Positions 1-13,700 of a DNA stretch of 64,000 bases are shown in pieces. Source of the stretch: Macrostomum lignano (lineage: Eukaryota); the NCBI GenBank assembly GCA_002269645.1, contig NIVC01004023.1:52-64051 (forward strand), written 5' to 3'. Each line of letters starts with the position of its first letter. Position 1 is the stretch's first letter. Both the position numbers and the translations under genes were made by a program. The notes beneath the pieces are model-generated. The model saw only the letters and a list, made by a program, of their open reading frames with translations. It was not told where the DNA came from and ran no database searches.

Positions 1-164
1 TCGCTTTTAAATTGAATTTCAGATGATTCCCATATGTCTAAGTTTTGTCTCAGCCGCTTTAGAGAGCTGATTGGGATCCGAGTCGTCTGCTTAGACACGG
101 AGAACTCATGAACTTTTGTCTGCATTGGAGACAGTTTATTAGAATTCTGATGGCTTGTTTGTTT

Positions 165-613
165 GATGTGTCTGTACATGTGTCTTTACATGTGTCTTTA
201 CATGTGTCTTTACATGTGTCTCTACATCTGTCTCTACATGTGTCTCTGCATGTGTCTCTGCATGTGTCTCTACATGTGTCTCTACATGTGTCTCTGCATG
301 TGTCTCTACATGTGTCTCTACATGTTTCTCTGCATGTGTCTCTACATGTGTCTCTACATGTGTCTCTGCATGTGTCTCTGGATGTGTCTCTACATGTGTC
401 TCTGCATGTGTCTCTGCATGTGTCTCTACATGTGTCTCTGCAATGTGTCTCTACATGTGTCTCTACATGTTTCTCTGCATGTGTCTCTGCAATGTGTCTC
501 TACACGTCTCTCTCCATGTGTCTTTACATGTCTCTCTATATACGTCTCTACAAGTATGTCTCTGATGTGTCTCATGTGTCTCTGCATGTGTCTCTGCATG
601 TGTCTCTACATGT
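165..613. repeat. 12-bp minisatellite (CATGTGTCTCTR)n
   Basis: Direct tandem units; explains the HVSL and MCLY periodic ORFs. Confidence 0.95.
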
Positions 614-1481
614 ACCGTAGTCTCTCTCGTAGTTACCGTGAAACCTCTCCGAGTGTCTTTTAAAGTATTAATATGTTTTGAGGCTCTTCTCCATGTGTCT
701 TTTTACGTGTGTTCCCTGTGTCATACGTAACATATCACACGTAGCGATCCGCTCTCTCAGTCACTCACGAGAGGACTTGCAGAAGCGCGCAACAAAGAAG
801 GTAAACGCAGGCACAAAGTATTCCATTCCCTGAAGCACCTCTAAACTGCTGACGCAGCTGGCGTCTTCTTTGCCGATAAATTGAAAGTCGAAAATTTAAG
901 CATTTCAAATCGAATACGAGGCTCAGTTAAGAGCGAGTTTTTGTGTCAGCAATTCCTTCAGTCACTCTCCTCTCCCTTTGTTCGAGCAGCTATCTAGATA
1001 CCAATGCTTTGCGTCTCAGCCCACTAAGCAAAGCAAGCATTGTCTACACTTTTTAGAAGCAGTTTTAACAGCAGTCGCCCAAAACCCATTCATTCAGTGC
1101 TCCGGCTGACTGCAGATGCCAACTGGAATTCTGAAAATGCCACTGCCAACAACAGAACCGGGACGGAAGCTGAATTTTGGTCTTCTGCAGGTTGTAAAAA
1201 ACTTAGAGGCAACTTTTTTAACTGGGTGAGCATTTTTACTCAGTGGCTAGGAATCGTCGAGTTCAGTTATTCCAAAATATTTTTTGGTTGTCAAGCCGTT
1301 GTCAAGCTCCGATGCAAGAGAGGATTGTTAGAAAACTGATATAAAGTATTGACAATGATTGGAGCACAAGCTATTTTCTACATGAAATATTGGAATTTCA
1401 ATAGCAATATTTTTAGATAGGCATCGACAAGAGCCTTTCTGGTATTTTTATACCTGCTTTCAAGCTCTGATATGCCAACCC

Positions 1482-2350
1482 CACCCGGTTTCATGCAGCC
1501 CCACCCGCTTTCATGCAGCCCCACCCGCTTTCATGCAGCCCCACCCGCTTTCATGCAGCCCCACCCGATTTCATGCAACCTTCCACCCGATTTCATGCAA
1601 CCCACCCGATTTCATGCAGCCCCCACTCGATTTCATGCAACCCACCCGATTTCATGCAACCCCCACCCGATTTCATGCAACCCCCACCCGATTTCATGCA
1701 ACCCCCACCCGATTTCATGCAACCCACCCGATTTCATGCAGCCTACCCGATTTCATGCAACCCCCACCGATTTCATGCAACCCACCCGATTTCATGCAGC
1801 CTACCAGATTTCATGCAACCCACCCGATTTCATGCAGCCTACCCGATTTCATGCAGCCTACCCGATTTCATGCAGCCCCCACTCGATTTCATGCAGCCTA
1901 CCCGATTTCATGCAGCCTACCCGATTTTATGCAGCCAAACCCGATTTCATGCAACCCACCCGATTTCATGCAACCCACACCCGATTTCATGCAACCTCCC
2001 ACCCGATTTCATGCAACCTCCCACCCGATTTCATGCAACCCCCACCCGATTTCGTGCAACCCCCACCCGATTTCATGCAACCCCCACCCGATTTCATGCA
2101 ACCTCCCACCCGATTTCATGCAACCTCCCACCCGATTTCATGCAACCCTCACCCGATTTCGTGCAACCCCCACCCGATTTCATGCAACCCCCACCCGATT
2201 TCATGCAGCCAAACCGGATTTCATGCAGCCAAACCCGATTTCATGCAACCCCCACCCGATTTCATGCAACCCACCGATTTCATGCAACCCCCACCCGATT
2301 TCATGCAACCCCCATCCGATTTCATGCAACCCCACCCGATTTCATGCACT
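1482..2350. repeat. ~20-21-bp minisatellite (CCCACCCGATTTCATGCAAC)n
   Basis: Direct tandem units with variable C-run length. Confidence 0.95.
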
Positions 2351-2899
2351 ACTCACTCTAGTGGAAGTTCTCTCACCGAAAGACAACACAGAGAGATAAA
2401 CAAGTTAAGCAACTATCTTACCTTTGAGTTTCCTTGCTCGAGTTTGCGCTTCAATAAAGCAAAAACTGATTTTAGGTCGACTGGGTTTGGTAGCAGCCTC
2501 TCTAATCCTCCCAGTCCGGTGTCGATTTTGAAGGCTGGGAAGCACTGGCCGAAGGGAGGTGGGTTGGAAACCAGGCAGCGAGCCAACCAGATTTGCACTG
2601 TTGTCAGCCGGAGTCCACAGATGGGGACTCGGCGCTGCCTGAGCTCGCTGATTGGGTGCCCAAGCAGCTTCAAAACCAATTCCGTCAATCGGTGGCCACA
2701 CGTGAAGGCAAATTGTTTCCGAAATTGGCCGCGCCGCCGTGAAGACAAACACAATCAGGACGCGACAGCCGCAGGCGGCAATTGGGTTCAGCTAGTTTGC
2801 CGCTCGAGTTGCGAAGGAAAAGTCCAGTTAGCGATTGACAGATATGAAATACGGACGCCGTGTGTGGTAAGCTGACTCGGTCCAGCTCTTCCCAGTCAC

Positions 2900-3340
2900 T
2901 TTCACAAGCACGAGACTTCACAAGCACGAGACTTCACAAGCACGAGACTTCGCAAGCACGAGACTTCACAAGCACGAGACTTCACAAGCACGAGACTTCA
3001 CAAGCACGAGACTTCACAAGCACGAGACTTCACAAGCACGAGACTTCACAAGCACGAGACTTCACAAGCACGAGACTTCACAAGCACGAGACTTCACAAG
3101 TTCAAAGCTTAAAATTTTACAAGCTCAAATCTTAACCAGCTCAAAGCTTCACCCACTAAGCACCAGCTCTAAGCTTCATCAGCTCAAAGCTTCACCAGCT
3201 CTAAGCTTCACCAGCTCTAAGCTTCACCAGCTCTAAGCTTCACCAGCTCAAAACTTCACCAGCTCAAAACTTCACAAGCTCAAAACTTCACCAGCTCTAA
3301 GCTTCACCAGCTCTAAGCTTCACCAGCTCTAAGCTTCACG
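2900..3340. repeat. Two adjacent 16-bp minisatellites: (ACTTCACAAGCACGAG)n then (AGCTTCACCAGCTCTA)n
   Basis: Tandem units at about 2900-3100 and 3135-3340 share a CTTCAC.AGC core. Confidence 0.9.
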
Positions 3341-3944
3341 CCCATGAGGAACAGCTACCAAGGCAGCAGAGACTGCACCTACACAACGGGCATAACTTCT
3401 TGCCTCGCTGATATCTGCGGGTCGACTCTATCATTATATGAAGGCTTATGCCTGAAGCGCATTCAATAGTGAATTCTACTCCATACGAAATGCACAATTA
3501 GCCGCATATTGAGAACCGATCGTGACCCCAGCAGAAAGCTGAATTCATATTTAGGCTCTTCATATAGACGTGAGTCAGGCACCTGCTGTTCCTTTATTCT
3601 CTTGGTTATTCGCTTTCGAGTTTTGTTGCTTCATGTCGGCATGCAAATTTTCTTAATTAAACTGACCCGCTGCAGTATTGCGAATAGAAAATGTTCAGAA
3701 CCGGGGGAATACATCCAGATCAGAGCTACCAAATCTGGTCACATTGTGGCACATTCATCCTAATCCTATAGGTTTTTTGGATGCAAACCAATACAAAATT
3801 TGGAATTCGGGTTTTTGCTTGTCGTCTGGAATGTTAAGTAATATTCACCTAACTACTTCAAGTAGGAACAAAAACATTTGCTTATATGATTACAATTATA
3901 CGCCAAAAACGCTTTTTTAGATTTCATGAGATAAAACTCGATAG

Positions 3945-4367
<423 letters not shown>

Positions 4368-5276
4368 GCCTAGCAATTAAACTCCCCCATAAGCCAGTAC
4401 AGCGCCGTACTGCAGCTGAGCTTCAGGCAGAAGCGCTCTAAGCATGCCGGGCCGGCTGTCATTAAAGATGCAGACAGGCGCAGTCGCCTACGGTCGGCCC
4501 AATCCCGCGGAGTCCAACAATAGAGAAGGCAGCTGAGCCCCCGCGCACACGCCTAGCTATGCAGATTGCGGGCCCATTGTCAGGATATGGGGGAGCCGGT
4601 CTCGTTCCGCTGTCCTTAGCTGAACTCATTTGGTCCTTAAGGCAATAATGTCGCATATATTTTTAGTGCTTCCAATAAAATCACAAATTACGGCATTCCA
4701 AAACCTTTTTTTGACAATTCAAAACTTAGATTGGCGCTTAGATACCCAGTTTGGCGCCTGAACATCAATTTAAGAGCCTTAATACTCACGTAGGTGCTTA
4801 TTTTCGCACTTTAATAAAAAGAATAACAAACAAATTTACAACATCAAGCTTTAAAATTACCAGTTGAAGGGTAAACTTTACCTTAGTATCTAATAAACCT
4901 AATTTTTTAGACGCATACTACTAAGGCAAAAATAGTACTCGTATATTAGAAATTTAAAACTTCGAATTGCATGAACTTCTTTCTAATGAAATCAAACAAT
5001 TATTTTTTTTACTTTTGGCGCCCATTTGAATTTGACAGTGGAATAAAAACAGTAACTACTGTGAACCGTATTGGTGAAAAAAATTACGAGTACACAACTT
5101 GATGCCTGAATACAGATTACGTCATACTTTGTATAACTAAGCTTTAGCTGTCAGAGCGCAGTTTCTACGAGCTAGGAAACAAATTCTAAAATATGAGATT
5201 TAAAGTTTGCCTGATTTATTGTATAGCATTTCAAAGTTTTCCGGCGCCATCTGGAGCCTCATAAGTGAGCCACAAT

Positions 5277-6427
5277 CTACTTCTTGGCTTCGTCGTACGT
5301 GTCGGCGTTCTTGTAGCCGCTGACGTAGCCTTCGTTCTTGGCCACGTCCTCGCGACCCTCCTTGCCCTTGCCTTTGCCCGAGTCGGCGTCAAATCGCTCC
5401 TTGTGAGCGCCCGTGTAGCCTTTGACATCCGTCAGGCGCTTTGTGGCGCCGTCCTTTGAGGCGGCCTGCCATAGCAAATTTCAATTAGTAATATGTTTTG
5501 CTGCGAACGGATTTACCAAAGACTGTTTTATACGTGTTTAGTACAAGGACCACTAGCTGTATAGGCTATGGAGATGGGTGGGTGCAGTGCCATGGCCATA
5601 GACTATTTAGATGCGCGGGTGCAGTGGCCGTAAACTATTTAGATGGGCGGGTACAGTGGCCATAGACTATTTAGATGGGCGGGTGCAGTGGCCATAGACT
5701 ATTGAGATGGGCGGGTGCAGTGGCCATAGACTATTTAGATAGGCGGGTATAGTGGACATGAGTGGGTGCAGTGACTATTATATATTATATATGCATGAGT
5801 GACTATTAAGATGAGTGGGTGCAGTCGTGCAGTGGCCATAGACTATTTAGATGGGCGGGTGCAGTGCCGTGGCCATAGACTATTTAGATGGGCGGGTCCA
5901 GTGGCCATAGACGATTTAGATGAGCGGGTGCAGTGCAGTGGCCATAGACTATTTAGGTAAGCGGGTTCAGTGGCCATAGATTATTTAGATGGGCGGATGC
6001 CAAGGGAATCCCTTACCGTGGCACCGTGAGCGGTCGGCTTTTTCTCTGAAATCAACTTCTTGACTTCCTCCTCGGCCTTGTCGGCACTTTCCACTTTCTT
6101 CTTTGTAGCCGCTTCGGCGCAGAAGTGCTTCAGAAAGTTGCAGAACTGGTTATAGTCCAGGTCTCTGCATTGGTAGAACATTTTATTCAGACTCAATTAT
6201 TCTGAATTCTAAGGAATTCATAGTGTCAATTATTTCCCATTACCCTTTGATCTTCTCCTTGCCTTAAATGAGGACACCGAGATGTCCATGTCATTCGAAG
6301 TCAACTTGAGCGCTTTGAAAACGCCGCAATCCGTGAAAATCTTCTTAATAGTTTTGTCGCTAGCCTTGTCCGAACCTTTCTTTGTGGCGTCGCAGAAAGC
6401 GACAAAGCTCGACTTTAGATCGGCCAT
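5277..6427 (-). CDS. TPPP: Tubulin polymerization-promoting protein (TPPP/p25-alpha family), 3 coding exons, ~173 aa; one base appears missing in exon 1
   Basis: Exons 6427-6244, 6164-6017 and 5465-5277, all GT-AG. C-terminal [39 protein letters not shown] is the p25-alpha Rossmann-like motif. One extra G at 6262-6263 (SFKGKEKIKGDLDY) is needed to keep frame. AATAAA on the minus strand at 5215-5220. Confidence 0.92.
5570..5995. repeat. ~32-bp minisatellite in TPPP intron 2 (GCAGTGGCCATAGACTATTTAGATGGGCGGGT)
   Basis: Degenerate tandem copies. Confidence 0.9.
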
Positions 6428-6942
6428 GATTTTTCTTCTTAGAAAGTTTGAAAATATTCGCCTACGAGCGGAGCGGATCAGAGAGATTAGGCTCAGTTCT
6501 GTCTGGCTTTTCAAGGAATATTGTGTACCCGCGCATGAGCTCGCGAGAGTACACTTGGGCCATGAACTTCTCCCACTCCCCTGTCTGTCCCCCCACCCTC
6601 TATCCAGCTCTGTTTGCGTTGCTAGGGGAAGGGGACCAAATCCTACCCCCTAGCTTATAATTCCCTCCGCGGGAAGAGATTTTAAGCGCATCTAGCGGAG
6701 CCCAGTTGTTGCCGGGAACACTGAGCGTGGTTGGGTGGTGGGCTAAGTTCCCATATAGCGTCAAGCTCAGCTCCTGTTATTTTATTCGTTAAAATTTCAT
6801 TGCAAATGAGCGCACGAACTACTGCGAGTAGTTAAGCAGTTTATAATTTGTTTCAGTTCTTCAGTTCAATTCAGTTCTTCAGAGTGACAATCTTAACATC
6901 CCTCTGGAGAGCACCAAATGAAGAAATATTTTATTACCTAAC

Positions 6943-7450
6943 CTCTCCTGACCCCCCTGATGCTTGGCGTCTAGCCTCCCCTGACCCCCTGATGCTTGGC
7001 GTCTAGCCTCCCCTGACCCCCCTGATGCTTGGTATCTCAGCCTCCCCTGACCTCCCTGATGCTTGGTATCTCAGCCTCCCCTGACCCCCTGATGCTTGGT
7101 ATCTCAGCCTCCCCTGACCTCCCTGATGCTTGGTATCTCAGCCTCCCCTGACCCCCCTGATGCTTGGTATCTCAGCCTCCCCTGACCCCCTGATGCTTGG
7201 CGTCTCAGCCTCCCCTGACCCCCTGATGCTTGGCGTCTAGCCTCCCCTGACCCCCCTGATGCTTGGCGTCTAGCCTCCCCTGACCCCCCTGATGCTTGGT
7301 ATCTCAGCCTCCCCTGACCTCCCTGATGCTTGGTATCTCAGCCTCCCCTGACCCCCCTGATGCTTGGTATCTCAGCCTCCCCTGACCCCCCTGATGCTTG
7401 GCGTCTCAGCCTCCCCTGACCCCCTGATGCTTGGCGTCTCAGCCTCCCCT
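6943..7450. repeat. ~33-bp minisatellite (CCTCCCCTGACCCCCTGATGCTTGGYRTCTCAG)
   Basis: Direct tandem units. Confidence 0.93.
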
Positions 7451-9632
7451 GATCGGTCTGATGCTCGCATTTCAACCTCACCTGACCACAGATCGATCTA
7501 CTCTCAACCAGATGAGATTGATCTACTCTCAACTAAGATGAGATTGATCTACTCCCAACTAGATTAGATTAATCCACTCTATAAGATTAACCCACATTGA
7601 AGGGAAGCACAAAAATTGCCCACCGAGATTTGCCCGCAGTGTTTAGTAAGTCTTATAATGAGCATCTGTAACCGTAATCGGATTCCAAAAAGGCCAGAGC
7701 AGCAGACTGAGAGGGGGTAACGCTACACTGATTAAAGAGAATTATCGATATTTTTCTGCCACAACGCAAACCTAATTACTGAAATGGAGTCAAATTACCT
7801 CGCATTTTAATTTAACTGCCCAACAGAGGATTTGAGACACAGAATACGAGGGCGAGGGTTAAACGGACACAAGATTCGAGCTGAACCAATTAAGCTTAGA
7901 TTTTCTGAGAATTCAGTTCAAAATGCAGAAAGAAAAGAGAAAAATTGCGACATCTTTCTGCTGCCGAGAATGCTGCTGGATGAGTGGATTTTTTTATTCG
8001 AACTCGTTGCAAATAGTTGAAAAACCCTAATTAGAGCGGGATCAAACTACCTAGGGATTTGGGGAGGCCCTGGGACTCAAAATACCTAGGGATTTAGGGA
8101 GACCCTGGGATTCAAACTACCTGGGGATTGAGGGAGGCCTGGACTTGAACAATCTGAATTGCCAATCTTAACATTTAATAGAGATTGAAATTCAGCAAAA
8201 TTGAAACTATATTATGCAATTTTGAGCTGTTCTAGCTAATATTTAGCGTAGGAAAAAGATGGCCAAATAGTGAAGCCTAGATCACTGTGGAGCGTACATT
8301 ATATTTTTTATAAATTTATGAATCAAATATTAAAATTATAATTAATAGTTCAAATATTGGTATTAAAAATTAGGTTTCAGCGTAACGCGCTATGTGCCAA
8401 ATTGTAAAAAGTGTGAAAAACATAATATATGCATAAATAAACAATAACAATATATATATGATCTTTTAATCTCTGCAATCATTACATAATACCGTCAGCT
8501 TTATCTAAACAGATGTGACAGGCTAAGAAAAAAATGCCCTGCAAAAAACAAGACACGGAACACTTGTATACATTAATAATATAGCAGGTAAAGACGACAG
8601 CTGTACTGCTTATGTTTTTAAAACTCTTCAGTTGAGTCGGGTTTGAGAGCTAAAAAAGTACACTAAAAGTATAATATAGGTCCGAGCAGCTGAGAACGAC
8701 AGGCAATAAAGTCAATAAATAAACCGAGGAATGCTAGGACCCGCCAGACCAAATAGGCAATTGAGTCCTGCTGTAGCATTAATCAAGGTATAAAGGTAAT
8801 TACGATAATTACCTGGTAAATAAAAAAAGCCTGAAGATAAGATACTATAATTTAGATAGGAAAAGACTAACTATAAATACTAGTAGATAACAACATAAAA
8901 CTGGGGGGTCCGTCGTGGCAGGAGCGGTATCGCATCGTTCTGTTGTCCGGAGGACCCGGGTTCGAGTCCCGGTGTGGCCAAATAAATTCGGCTCAAGATT
9001 TCGCGTGTCTGGAGAGACCACAGAATCGATGTGAGATGAGATAGAATAGACTGAGATAAAATAATATGCCAAGATAGTAGAGACAGCTAAGACATAAAAT
9101 GAGAGATCGCAGATGATTAAAAAACAAGGCATTGAAGGAATATAGCAGAGAGATCTGCGCATTCACGCTACAACATATAGCAGTACAGAAATAGTGAATG
9201 AGTATATTATATATATAGATAGGGCAATGCAGACTTCAAGTCAGACATGCTTGGGGACATCGCATGTTGGCAAGCGAACAGCTATACGAAATAAATACTA
9301 ATATAACATTAATACAATCTACAGGAGAGTTATATCGTTACTTCGCTTATAATATATCAGTTCATGCTCAGCAATTACACAAAATATTTAACTGCTCAAA
9401 AACAATTGTATAAAACTGAGTAAACAGTGCATAGAAACCTGGTAAAAAGTTATGCAGTCGGACTAGAAAAAACCGTTTGCTTTGCATCTTGAAAAACAAT
9501 ATAAACAAAAGGAAAGTCGATTCGTTCAACAATACATTGTTGGTGAGACAATGCGACTAGAGAGTGAGTCAGAGTAGTACAATGCGAGGCTCGTGTATGC
9601 CAATTGTCAGGCAGCTACTGGCTTTTAACATC

Positions 9633-10590
9633 TGATGGGATGGGGCGATTCTTGATTGGGATGGGGCGATTCTTGATTGGGATGGGGCGATTCTTGGATG
9701 GGATGGGGCGATTCTTGATTGGGATGGGGCGATTCTTGATTGGGATGGGGCGATTCTTGGATGGGATGGGGCGATTCTTGATTGGGATGGGGCGATTCTT
9801 GATTTGGATGGGGCGATTCTTGATTGGGATGGGGCGATTCTTGATTGGGATGGGGCGATTCTTGATTGGGATGGGGTGATTCTTGATTGGGATGGGGCGA
9901 TTCTTGATTTGGATGGGGCGATTCTTGGATGGGATGGGGCAATTCTTGGATGGGATGGGGCGATTCTTGATTTGGATGGGGCGATTCTTGATTGGGATGG
10001 GGCGATTCTTGGATGGGATGGGGCGATTCTTGATTGGGATGGGGCGATTCTTGGATGGGATGGGGCGATTCTTGATTGGGATGGGGCGATTCTTGATTGG
10101 GATGGGGCGATTCTTGGATGGGATGGGCGATTCTTGATTGGGATGGGGCGATTCTTGATTTGGATGGGGCGATTCTTGATTGGGATGGGGCGATTCTTGA
10201 TTTGGATGGGGCGATTCTTGATTGGGATGGGGCAATTCTTGGATGGGATGGGGCGATTCTTGATTGGGATGGGGCGATTCTTGATTTGGATGGGGCGATT
10301 CTTGATTGGGATGGGGCGATTCTTGATTGGGATGGGGCGATTCTTGATTGGGATGGGGTGATTCTTGATTGGGATGGGGCGATTCTTGATTTGGATGGGG
10401 CGATTCTTGGATGGGATGGGGCAATTCTTGGATGGGATGGGGCGATTCTTGATTTGGATGGGGCGATTCTTGATTGGGATGGGGCGATTCTTGATTGGGA
10501 TGGGGCGATTCTTGATTGGGATGGGGCGATTCTTGATTTGGATGGGGCGATTCTTGATTGGGATGGGGCGATTCTTGATAGGGATGGGGC
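9633..10590. repeat. 21-bp G-rich minisatellite (ATTCTTGATTGGGATGGGGCG)n
   Basis: 7-aa periodicity in all overlapping ORFs. Confidence 0.96.
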
Positions 10591-10747
10591 GGTTCAAGAG
10601 GTATGAAGAAGCAATTTTCTGGTAGCGCGAAAGGCAGACTATTCCAATTTTAAATATATTCGTCGAATGAATAATAGCGAAGCACACATTTCGCGGCGGA
10701 AGAAGACGGGCGAAAGCAGTAGCAACATCCAGCGGGCGGCTACGCAT

Positions 10748-13700
10748 TCACAAATCCGTTCTCTCAGGGTGCATGCAGGAGGCGTAGGACGGCGGCAGGG
10801 TGGTTGAGACCTCTTCCAGCGGCGGCGTCACCGCATCCCGACCGTGCGGCGCTCTGCCGCCCGTTTTGCCGCCGCGATGCCGCGAATTTGACGACGGAGC
10901 GGCGAAGGCAACGGCGGCGGCGCCGGGATCGCCTGTAGGGTTGAGCAACTCGTCCGCGGCGCCGTCAAAGTCGTAGACGATGCCGCCGCCGCCGCCGGCG
11001 CCGCCGAGGCCGATGCCGGCGTGTCTCGGACTCGGCGCCGGCGCCTTGCAGCAGCGGCGCATGCAGGCGATTCGTTGCCTGCGAAATACGCTGTCCAAGG
11101 CTAGCAGGACCAGTATGATGAGCCCGGCGCCAAGGACCACTATGAATACCTGGACGGGATGCCATGATAATATGGTATACGGCTCCGGTTCAAGACTTTG
11201 TTTTTCGGGTAGAGGCGGTTCTCATTGGGATGGGAGCGATTCTCATTGGGGTGGGGGCGATTCTCATTGGAATGGGAGCGATTCTCATTGGGTGGGGCGA
11301 TTCTCATTGGAATGGGAGCGATTCTCATTGGGGTGGGGGCGATTCTCATTGGGATGGGGGCGATTCTCATTGGGATGGGGGCGATTCTCATTGGGTGGGG
11401 GCGATTCTCATTGGGGTGGGGGCGATTCTCATTGGGATGGGGGCGATTCTCATTGGGATGGGGGCGATTCTCATTGGGATGGGGGCGATTCTCATTGGGG
11501 TGGGGGCGATTCTCATTGGGATGGGGGCGATTCTCATTGGGGTGGGGGCGATTCTCATTGGAATGGGAGCGATTCTCATTGGGGTGGGGGCGATTCTCAT
11601 TGGGATGGGGGCGATTCTCATTGGGATGGGGGCGATTCTCATTGGGATGGGGGCGATTCTCATTGGGATGGGGGCGATTCTCATTGGGATGGGAGCGATT
11701 CTCATTGGGGTGGGGGCGATTCTCATTGGAATGGGAGCGATTCTCATTGGGTGGGGGCGATTCTCATTGGAATGGGAGCGATTCTCATTGGGATGGGAGC
11801 GATTCTCATTGGAATGGGAGCGATTCTCATTGGAATGGGAGCGATTCTCATTGGGATGGGGGCGATTCTCATTGGGATGGGGGCGATTCTCATTGGGGTG
11901 GGGGCGATTCTCATTGGGGTGGGGCGATTCTCATTGGAATGGGAGCGATTCTCATTGGGATGGGAGCGATTCTCATTGGAATGGGAGCGATTCTCATTGG
12001 AATGGGAGCGATTCTCATTGGGATGGGGGCGATTCTCATTGGGATGGGGGCGATTCTCATTGGGATGGGAGCGATTCTCATTGGGATAAGGGCGATTCTC
12101 ATTGGGATGGGGGCGATTCTCATTGGAATGGGAGCGATTCTCATTGGGTGGGGCGATTCTCATTGGGGTGGGGCGATTCTCATTGGGATGGGGGCGATTC
12201 TCATTGGGATGGGGGCGATTCTCATTGGATGGGGGCGATTCTCATTGGGGTGGGGGCGATTCTCATTGGGATGGGGGCGATTCTCATTGGGGTGGGGGCG
12301 ATTCTCATTGGAATGGGAGCGATTCTCATTGGGTGGGGGCGATTCTCATTGGGATGGGGGCGATTCTCATTGGGATGGGGGCGATTCTCATTGGAATGGG
12401 GGCGATTCTCATTGGGATGGGAGCGATTCTCATTGGAATGGGGGCGATTCTCATTGGGATGGGAGCGATTCTCATTGGGATGGGAGCGATTCTCATTGGA
12501 ATGGGGGCGATTCTCATTGGGATGGGAGCGATTCTTACTGGGATGGGAGCGATTCTTACTGGGATGGGGCGATTCTCATTGGGATGGGGGCGATTCTCAT
12601 TGGGATGGGAGCGATTCTCATTGGAATGGGGGCGATTCTCATTGGGATGGGAGCGATTCTTACTGGGATGGGAGCGATTCTTACTGGGATGGGGCGATTC
12701 TCATTGGGATGGGGGCGATTCTAATTGGGATGGGAGCGATTCTCATTGGAATGGGGGCGATTCTCATTGGGTGGGGGCGATTCTCAGTGGGATGGGAGCG
12801 ATTCTCATTGGGATGGGGGCGATTCTCATTGGGATGGGAGCGATTCTTACTGGGATGGGAGCGATTCTTACTGGGATGGGACGATTCTCATTGGGATGGG
12901 AGCGATTCTCATTGGGATGGGAGCGATTCTTACTGGGATGGGAGCGATTCTTACTGGGATGGGAGCGATTCTTACTGGGATGGGGCGATTCTCATTGGGA
13001 TGGGAGCGATTCTCATTGGGATGGGAGCGATTCTTACTGGGATGAGAGCGATTCTCATTGGAATGGGGGCGATTCTCATTGGAATGGGGGCGATTCTCAT
13101 TGGGATGAGAGCGATTCTCATTGGGATGGGAGCGATTCTTACTGGGTTGGGGCGAATTTCATTGGGGTGGGGGCGATTCTCATTGGGATGGGAGCGATTC
13201 TTACTGGGATGGGGCGATTCTCATTGGGTGGGGGCGATTCTCATTGGAATGGAGCGATTCTCATTGGATGGGGGCGATTCTCATTGGATGGGGGCGATTC
13301 TCATTGGGATGGGAGCGATTCTCATTGGGATAAGGGCGATTCTCATTGGGATGGGGGCGATTCTCATTGGAATGGGAGCGATTCTCATTGGGGTGGGGGC
13401 GATTCTCATTGGGTGGGGGCGATTCTCATTGGGATGGGGGCGATTCTCATTGGGATGGGGGCGATTCTCATTGGGATGGGGGCGATTCTCATTGGGGTGG
13501 GGGCGATTCTCATTGGGATGGGGGCGATTCTCATTGGGGTGGGGGCGATTCTCATTGGAATGGGAGCGATTCTCATTGGGTGGGGGCGATTCTCATTGGG
13601 ATGGGGGCGATTCTCATTGGGATGGGGGCGATTCTCATTGGGATGGGGGCGATTCTCATTGGGATGGGGGCGATTCTCATTGGGATGGGAGCGATTCTCA

